DNA of 59,545 nucleotides from Actinomycetes bacterium (GTDB lineage Bacteria; Actinomycetota; Acidimicrobiia; Acidimicrobiales; Ilumatobacteraceae): NCBI GenBank assembly GCA_014190215.1, contig BJGB01000001.1, positions 1 to 59,545 of the forward strand, read 5' to 3'. Shown piece by piece: positions 53,798 to 59,545 of this stretch (position 1 is its first letter; each line of letters starts with the position of its first letter). The notes under the pieces were generated by a model. It saw only the letters and a program-made list of their open reading frames with translations, ran no database searches and was not told where the DNA came from. The position numbers and the translations under genes were made by a program.

Positions 53798-54493
53798 ATG
53801 AGTGATGCCAATCCATCCGACTTCACACGTGATTTAGTCCGCTGGAGTGAAGCCCTCGCGGGTATCGCTCGCACTGGTATTGGCTTCACACAAAATTTGT
53901 ATGAGCGTGAACGTTACGAAGAAGTTCTTCACGTGGCCGCTGATATCAAAGCCGCCGCCGATGAGGCCCTTGAGGTTCGTCGTGAACAGGATCACTTTGT
54001 GCAGGAGTGGATGGAGTCGGTTGGTGAGGGAGTACCAGGTTACGTCACTCCGAAAATCGCAGTTGGGGCGATTGTTGGAAATGATGCCGGTGAAATTTTG
54101 TTAGTCCGTCGTCCAGATTCGGGAGTTTGGCTCTACCCAACCGGCTGGGCTGATGTGGGTTACTCGGCGAGTGAAGTGGCGATGAAAGAAGTGCATGAAG
54201 AAACTGGCATTGAGTGTGAACCAGCGCAGTTGCTCGGCGTTGTGGATGGTCAGCGAATGGGCTTCAGTCGGTTTGGAATGTACATGCTGTTATTTCACTG
54301 CCGTCCCGTTGGGGGTTCATTGCAAGGTCATCCGCTGGAGACGAGTGGTGTTGGATGGTTCGCTGCTGATGCACTGCCAGACCCAACTGCCGGAGCAGAT
54401 TGGTGGGGACCGATGGCATTTGCAGCAATCAACGGTCAATCGGGTGTCGCTAGTTTTGACGCGCCACGCGATCCCGTGTGGCGAAAAACTTGA
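53798..54493 (+). CDS. NUDIX hydrolase with N-terminal Nudix_N_2 domain
   Basis: WSEALAGIARTGIGFTQNLYERERYEEV (N-terminal domain) and the Nudix box GWADVGYSASEVAMKEVHEETGI. Confidence 0.85.
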   Translation: MSDANPSDFTRDLVRWSEALAGIARTGIGFTQNLYERERYEEVLHVAADIKAAADEALEVRREQDHFVQEWMESVGEGVPGYVTPKIAVGAIVGNDAGEILLVRRPDSGVWLYPTGWADVGYSASEVAMKEVHEETGIECEPAQLLGVVDGQRMGFSRFGMYMLLFHCRPVGGSLQGHPLETSGVGWFAADALPDPTAGADWWGPMAFAAINGQSGVASFDAPRDPVWRKT

Positions 54494-54494
54494 T

Positions 54495-55466
54495 CTAGTC
54501 CTCAGACTGACTGCGTAAGAAGCGTTCAACTTCTTCCATCAAAGCATCGCTATCAACCGGCTCGTCGGGGAGCGGACCGCTCATCGGTGGAGCATCGTCC
54601 ATACCATCAAAGCGCAACTGATCCGGGGAAACACCGAAGAGGGTGTCATCGTCATCGTCGTATTCATCTTCATCTTCGTCGTAATCATCGTCATCGCCAG
54701 AATTTTCCAAACGTTCGATATAACGGCTCATTGATGGATCACTACTAATGATCTCGTCAATTTGCTCTTCATAAACTTCAGATTGAGCGTCGAGTTTCAT
54801 CGTCGGTGAGTCGCAGCCGACAATTTCTGCCAAGCGTTCAATCAAGGCTGCTGCGGCCTTGGGTGATGGCACTTGAGCGGCATAGGCGGGCACAGCTGCC
54901 CAGAGTGAAGCCGTTGAAAAGCCTGCTGCATGTGCTGCATCGTTGAGAACACCAACGATGCCCGTCGGTCCTTCGTAACGACTGCGTTGTAAATCGTGAA
55001 GGTCAATCAAGTTTTGATCAGTTGCGGTACCAAGAACTTGAGTGCTACGTCGATGAGGTACATCGGCGAGGAGAGCACCAAGGGAAACAAATGACGATGC
55101 CTTGTATTCCTCGGCGACACCAATGATTTGCTGACAGAACAATTTCCATCGCAAGGCTGGTTCCGGGCCGAGCACGAAGATGAGATCCACATCACCACTA
55201 GTGACACTCCACAAACTCACAGTGGGCCACACGATGTGTCGAGCCGAATCATTGTCGAGCCTGACATGTGGACGGATTGTCGCGAAGTCAGTGAACTCTT
55301 CTGGATTAATTTCGGCGAGAGGCGCTGCTCCCATGGTTTCAACAAGATGCTTAACAGCGGTGCTGGCTGCGTCGGCAGCATCGTTCCAACCGGTGAAGGC
55401 GGCGATGACGTGGGGGCGACTCAACTCTGGTCGACGGATCCAACGGATGTGTTCTAGATCAGCCAT
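54495..55466 (-). CDS. PAC2 (proteasome assembly chaperone-like) family protein with a poly-acidic tail region
   Basis: VIAAFTGWNDAADAAS..., GPTGIVGVL and SLWAAVPAY are typical of the actinobacterial PAC2 family. Contains a DDDDYDEDEDEYDDDDD stretch. Confidence 0.8.
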   Translation of the reverse strand: MADLEHIRWIRRPELSRPHVIAAFTGWNDAADAASTAVKHLVETMGAAPLAEINPEEFTDFATIRPHVRLDNDSARHIVWPTVSLWSVTSGDVDLIFVLGPEPALRWKLFCQQIIGVAEEYKASSFVSLGALLADVPHRRSTQVLGTATDQNLIDLHDLQRSRYEGPTGIVGVLNDAAHAAGFSTASLWAAVPAYAAQVPSPKAAAALIERLAEIVGCDSPTMKLDAQSEVYEEQIDEIISSDPSMSRYIERLENSGDDDDYDEDEDEYDDDDDTLFGVSPDQLRFDGMDDAPPMSGPLPDEPVDSDALMEEVERFLRSQSED

Positions 55467-55533
55467 TACCGTTAACGCTATCGCCCAAAACTCATGGCGA
55501 ATTGCTCATCGTCACACCAGTTTTGCCAGATTT

Positions 55534-56616
55534 CTACAGTTGTGGTCGGACAATGAATTGTAGGAAACCGCCGTCGCCCGAAACCTCAGCCACGAGACTG
55601 CTGTCGTACACATCGTTCGGGCCCTGCATCAGGTCATTTTCAGTGGCGCCTGGTGCGGTGGTCACCAAAGTCCAAGCCTGGCGTTTGTAGGTGAGGTTTT
55701 GTGGGTGTAACCGGTGGGCTTCTTTCCACCAAGAAACGGCTGCATCTTGACTTACGGTTTTGCGCAGGTAATCACCCAATTCGAAGCAGGCAGTTGCACG
55801 CGCTTCATTATCGGATCGAGGCTGGCTACGTTCGACAACTTCTTCGGCGCTCAGAGCGAATGGTGAAGATGCACCGTTTTTTGCCCAATCAATGATCGCT
55901 GCCCGATAAGCCTCAGCATCGTCGGGAATGTCTTTGACGGCATGGAGCATTTTGTCCAATGCTTCAGGCAGTCCTTCTGGTATTTCCATATCGCGCATTG
56001 GGTTGCGTTCGATGGAAGCACCTTCGGCTGGACGTACTAAAACACCGTCTTCGTTGATCCATACAGCCATCGGAATGTTAGTGAAACCAAAAAGTGGATT
56101 CGTAGCGTGCAAGGTATCAACAACACTTGGGTGAGTTGCTTGACCAAGTTCATGCCACGGCCGTGCATGTTCAGCGTTGATGTCAAGAGCGACAGTGACG
56201 ACGGTTGCGCCGTATTGTGCGATTTCTAAGTTCAGTGCTTGCCACCCGGGCAAGCTTGAGCGACAGCCTCAATAACTGGACCAGGCAACAAGGATTACCT
56301 TTTTACCTCGCAACGATGAGAGGCGAAATGGGGAACCATCAAAGTTCATCAATTCAGGATCGGCAGCGACAGCAGTATTCAGGGATTTTCCACTGAGAGT
56401 CGCAGGGCCAAGTGACCAAACCCCATGATCCGCATCCTCAACAAGTGGCATACCTAGTCGTGCGGCGGCAATGGCCACATCCAGTGAACCGTCGGCATTC
56501 ACGGCTCCAGGCGCTGGAACGCAGATCTCACCTCGACAGAGACCTTCGGGCTTGGGCTCCCAGCCAGTGGCTTGAGCGAATTCACGAGTAGTTGTTCGAA
56601 GTTCGGTAAGGATCAC
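55534..56616 (-). CDS. thioredoxin-fold ResA/TlpA-like selenoprotein candidate (in-frame UGA at 56269-56271 read as Sec; W-S-S-Y-U-G-C motif)
   Basis: Track ORFs 56269..56766 and 55534..56253 are in the same frame. They are separated only by TGA plus 5 sense codons. The fused sequence GKKVILVAWSSY-U-GCRSSLPGWQALNLEIAQYGATVVTVALD is a thioredoxin-fold beta-alpha-beta with the TGA at the redox position. A SECIS-like hairpin follows. The start is uncertain (GTG at 56616 is the first start codon after the upstream stop). Confidence 0.7.
56232..56259 (-). promoter_or_regulatory. candidate bacterial SECIS hairpin downstream of the in-frame UGA
   Basis: On the minus strand: UGA-GGCUGUCGC-UCA-A-GCUUGCC-CGGGU-GGCAAGC-AC-UGA. 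There is a 7-bp perfect upper stem (56249-56255 with 56237-56243), a 5-nt G-rich apical loop containing GGU, and a 3-bp lower stem. The loop lies about 21-25 nt after the UGA. Confidence 0.55.
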
Positions 56617-56647
56617 AGTGTCAGTCTGCCACGAGATAGGGCTTGAT

Positions 56648-57550
56648 TTACGACTTTGCGGCAGCTTCGGCAAGTTCGTGTGGTCCCGATCCTGGGTAAC
56701 CCTTGAAGTTGCGAACAAACTGCGACCATGGAGTGAGCATGGCGATGAGGTGATCGAAATCATCACCGATCCTGTTGATCACAGCACGCATTTGTTCATC
56801 GGTACGGACTTCGACCTGTTCGCGTAGTTCGCGCCCGAGTTGTGTAAACGCGCCGTCACTTATGAGGCCACGCCCTTGAAGGCGATCTATGGCTGCGCTG
56901 TAGTCATCTTCACTCCAGGCGCGAGTGCGACTATATGACTTGAGAGGAAGACCCCAAAATAGTTCGGTGAGTAATCCGATTTCGGTGGCGTCGAGACCTG
57001 CAGAAATCCACGCCGCAGTATGCGAGTCGCCACGATATTCGCGCAACATGTCTCCAAAGTGCCAGACAGCACCGAGGTCAGTCCCGGGAATGGTTTGGCT
57101 AAGCGTTCCAGCGAAGAGCGGACGACCTTCGGGGCGTAAGACACTTACGGCACGTTCCAAGATTGGTCGCGCCCGATTGACTCCACCAGGTTTGGCTCCG
57201 AGAATGCGTTCTAGTTGTCCGATTGCGCCGTTGCGTCGCGCAGCACAGATGGTTGCCGCATCAGTGATTTGCCAGCCAGCGGTCACGGCAGGGATGACAA
57301 CTTGCGGATTGAAAACTGCGAAGGCTGCTGCCACGACTTCGCCAGGAACTTGACCCATGAGCGAACCACGGCTGGTGAAATAAGCAACACTTTGCGGGAG
57401 AGCGACACCGTTCATATCGCCTGGGCTGGGCTCAAAGCCGAGAGCCACATAGTTGGCGTGGCATTCCGGCGAAAAATAGACCTGCCCGATGACTGGTTCG
57501 AGTGCACCACCGAGTGCACGAGCCTTTGTTGAGAGTTCGCGTGAATCCAT
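56648..57550 (-). CDS. conserved actinobacterial protein of unknown function
   Basis: 300-aa ORF. Start taken at the ATG at 57550 (MDSRELSTKARALGG). Contains FGDMLREYRGDSHTAAW, reminiscent of a conserved hypothetical family seen in Streptomyces and mycobacteria. It ends 31 nt upstream of the selenoprotein candidate. Confidence 0.6.
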   Translation of the reverse strand: MDSRELSTKARALGGALEPVIGQVYFSPECHANYVALGFEPSPGDMNGVALPQSVAYFTSRGSLMGQVPGEVVAAAFAVFNPQVVIPAVTAGWQITDAATICAARRNGAIGQLERILGAKPGGVNRARPILERAVSVLRPEGRPLFAGTLSQTIPGTDLGAVWHFGDMLREYRGDSHTAAWISAGLDATEIGLLTELFWGLPLKSYSRTRAWSEDDYSAAIDRLQGRGLISDGAFTQLGRELREQVEVRTDEQMRAVINRIGDDFDHLIAMLTPWSQFVRNFKGYPGSGPHELAEAAAKS

Positions 57551-57589
57551 GGGCTTACCGTAGAACGCAAGCAACCTAGACTCATTACT

Positions 57590-58027
57590 GTGAGCGTTCA
57601 GATTGAAATATGTGAATCGGTGGACGATGAGGTTGTGCAGGCATTTGAGATGCTGATTCCGCAACTGTCAAAGTCAAACTCTCCTCCGAGTCGCTCAGAG
57701 TTAGAGGCATTGGTGGAGTCTGAGGCTTCAACATTGTTCTTGGCGAAACTTGATGGGCGAATCGTCGGCTCGCTGACTCTTGCGATGTTCCGTATTCCGA
57801 CTGGGGTGCGGGCATGGATCGAAGATGTTGTGGTTGATGATTCGGCACGTGGGCATGGGGTGGGTGAAGCCCTCAATCGAGCAGCGCTTGATTTTGCAAA
57901 AGCCAATGGCGCAATCACGGTTGATTTAACCTCGCGTCCGTCGCGTGAGGCTGCAAATCGTTTGTATCAGCGCATGGGCTTCAAACTTCGTGAGTCAAAC
58001 CTGTATCGCTACGAACTGAATGGTTGA
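57590..58027 (+). CDS. GNAT family N-acetyltransferase
   Basis: IEDVVVDDSARGHGVGEALNRAALDFAKANG is the acetyl-CoA binding motif A (R/Q-x-x-G-x-G/A). Confidence 0.85.
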   Translation: MSVQIEICESVDDEVVQAFEMLIPQLSKSNSPPSRSELEALVESEASTLFLAKLDGRIVGSLTLAMFRIPTGVRAWIEDVVVDDSARGHGVGEALNRAALDFAKANGAITVDLTSRPSREAANRLYQRMGFKLRESNLYRYELNG

Positions 58028-58544
58028 TGAAATGGTGAGGATAAATAGGGGTCGATTTTCAGCCGATGTCGGCGCCGATGGAAAAGTTTTGTTTCTTATC
58101 GGGCTGCGGTTCAACCAACTCTGGAAGTTCTGGAAATGGATTCCGGTGTTCAAGGCCATGCCGCGCATGTTGATTGAATTGCAAAAGAATCCGTCGCTCG
58201 GTCTCGTTGGCAAACCGCGCACATTTCTCTCGGGGCGCACAATTTTGGTGCTGCAGTACTGGGAATCGTTTGAAAAACTTGAGGCGTATTCAAGGGCTGC
58301 CAATAATGCTCATCTTCCAGCATGGCGCGCATTCAATAAAAATATCCGCGATAACGGTTCAGTAGGTATTTATCACGAAACGATTTTGTTGTCTGACTCG
58401 ACAGTTGAAACCGTGTACGGGAACATGCCTCTATTTGGACTTTCTGCTGTAACTGGAGCCGTCCCTGCTGGTCAGCGTGGACAAACTGCGAAGGCTCGTA
58501 TGACAGGGAATTCAGACGACCAGCCAATTTTGGAACCGTACTGA
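58020..58544 (+). CDS. DUF4188-like (monooxygenase-fold) protein
   Basis: FLIGLRFNQLWKFWKWIPV...LVLQYWESFEKLEAYS matches my recollection of DUF4188. Overlaps the GNAT stop by 8 nt. The start could be the ATG at 58032. Confidence 0.55.
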   Translation: MVDEMVRINRGRFSADVGADGKVLFLIGLRFNQLWKFWKWIPVFKAMPRMLIELQKNPSLGLVGKPRTFLSGRTILVLQYWESFEKLEAYSRAANNAHLPAWRAFNKNIRDNGSVGIYHETILLSDSTVETVYGNMPLFGLSAVTGAVPAGQRGQTAKARMTGNSDDQPILEPY

Positions 58545-58609
58545 GGCATGACGGACAAATGGTAAGTTGACGGCAAGTCTGTTTTAAGAATTCGCCTGTA
58601 GATGAAATT

Positions 58610-59326
58610 TCAGGGAAACTTCAACCCGAGAGCCTCGTGGGTGTCGGCACCAGCAAGTGCGTCCGCCGTGAGATTTTCTGAATACTGAAAGTTCATGACG
58701 GCGCGCATTGTGTTCGGTCCATAACTGCCGTCAGCACTGTCATCAAGAAAACCCTTGTTGATCAGCGCAGTCTGAAGGGCCTTAACTCGGTTTCCGATAT
58801 CGCCGAACTTGAGTTGTCCTTGGGCTTTTTCAGGATGGTATGCCTTGACTGTTTCATCGCAGGGATAACCAGAAAGAATGATCTGTAACGAAGTCAAGAC
58901 ATCCGTTTGTGGTGATTGTCCGTAGGAGTCGTCCTTTGAATAACAGTAAACATACAAAGCGTCAGCCGATTTCCACACTCCATCTTCGGCGTGAAACGGG
59001 GTGACTCCCTCACATTCTCCACACGGTTCGTAATAGGTGATCATCCAGTCACCTAAGCATTCCAAGAGAACAAGTCCAGTTGTGTCTTCATCGGGGGCTA
59101 GGGCAGCAAGATCACATTCCGGTTGTGGTTGGGACGGGACAACAGTTGTCGGCGTCGCGAGCGTTGTGGTTTGATTTTCAGTTGTAGGTGTTTCATCGGG
59201 AGTTGTCGTTGACACGGCGATTGTGCTGTCGCCGAGCGCTGGCAAATCTTCAGTATTTGACTCGCCACCGACTGAACATGCCGTCAGCAGTGAAGTGATC
59301 AGTAGTGCGCCAATTCTGATTTTCAT
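58610..59326 (-). CDS. lipoprotein with C-terminal peptidoglycan-binding (PG_binding_1) domain
   Basis: Lipobox LLTACS, Thr/Pro linker, C-terminal GDIGNRVKALQTALINKGFL...ADGSYGPNTMRAVMNFQ. Confidence 0.75.
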   Translation of the reverse strand: MKIRIGALLITSLLTACSVGGESNTEDLPALGDSTIAVSTTTPDETPTTENQTTTLATPTTVVPSQPQPECDLAALAPDEDTTGLVLLECLGDWMITYYEPCGECEGVTPFHAEDGVWKSADALYVYCYSKDDSYGQSPQTDVLTSLQIILSGYPCDETVKAYHPEKAQGQLKFGDIGNRVKALQTALINKGFLDDSADGSYGPNTMRAVMNFQYSENLTADALAGADTHEALGLKFP

Positions 59327-59545
59327 CGTGGTCCCTCAATTAGTCTGTGTTGTGGGGACTCTAACAACAACTAGGGCAAGGGATTCCTGATGTCGAAGCA
59401 GATAGGCACTATTCGTCAGTAAAAATGGAGGATGTGCTGACTGGAATTGGAATTGCTCTGTGCTTCTTGCGAGAATAGATGTGATTAGTAGTGAGAACAG
59501 GCGAAGTCACCATGGCCCATGATGAGTACTACACAGAGAATCTTT

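Noticed and set aside
59327-59545. 219-nt non-coding tail of the window containing a 10-codon ORF (ATGTCGAAGCAG...) and an ATG at 59512 opening a frame that runs off the window.
   Set aside because: Too short to evaluate. No recognisable RNA structure, riboswitch core or repeat. The terminal ATG may start a gene, but that cannot be supported from 34 nt.

Overview
This is a densely coded chromosomal segment with about 60 genes on both strands and many 1-4 nt start/stop overlaps. It looks actinobacterial. The family mix includes DUF3263, Crp/GlxR, a paired ArsA/Get3-like ATPase, HemQ/ChdC, PAC2, LytR_C and a stand-alone CIRCE-controlled groEL. A possible Acidimicrobiia-type origin is inference only. 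I saw no rRNA, CRISPR array, transposase, integrase or prophage signal. Two tRNAs are present: Pro-CGG and Thr-UGU.

Most of the content is housekeeping:
- Metabolism: hbd-aat-acyl-CoA mutase, ask-asd, ispDF.
- Translation and RNA: rlmB, udk.
- Stress, heme and nitrogen: groEL, fdhD, hemQ, glnD.

The parts worth a second look are:
1. Selenocysteine trait. A selA-selB pair is present. About 26 kb away, two same-frame ORFs are separated by a single TGA. Read through, they form a thioredoxin-fold ResA/TlpA-like protein with a W-S-S-Y-U-G-C redox motif. A SECIS-like hairpin follows the TGA.
2. Atypical phosphate locus. The operon is ordered pstC-pstA-pstB-pstS, and its PstS carries a (GTGTDT)n linker and a C-terminal membrane anchor. 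It is transcribed divergently from a second PstS paralog that ends in an LPSSG sorting signal. That paralog is translationally coupled to a sortase E homolog whose nucleophile Cys is replaced by Gly. A third PstS-like protein and a PD40 beta-propeller protein with two FN3 domains follow.
3. Orphan EssC/EccC-like ATPase. It combines an FHA domain with three P-loop domains, is transcribed divergently from a sigma-70-like protein, and has no other type VII secretion genes nearby.

All calls rest on motif recognition by eye. No database search was run.
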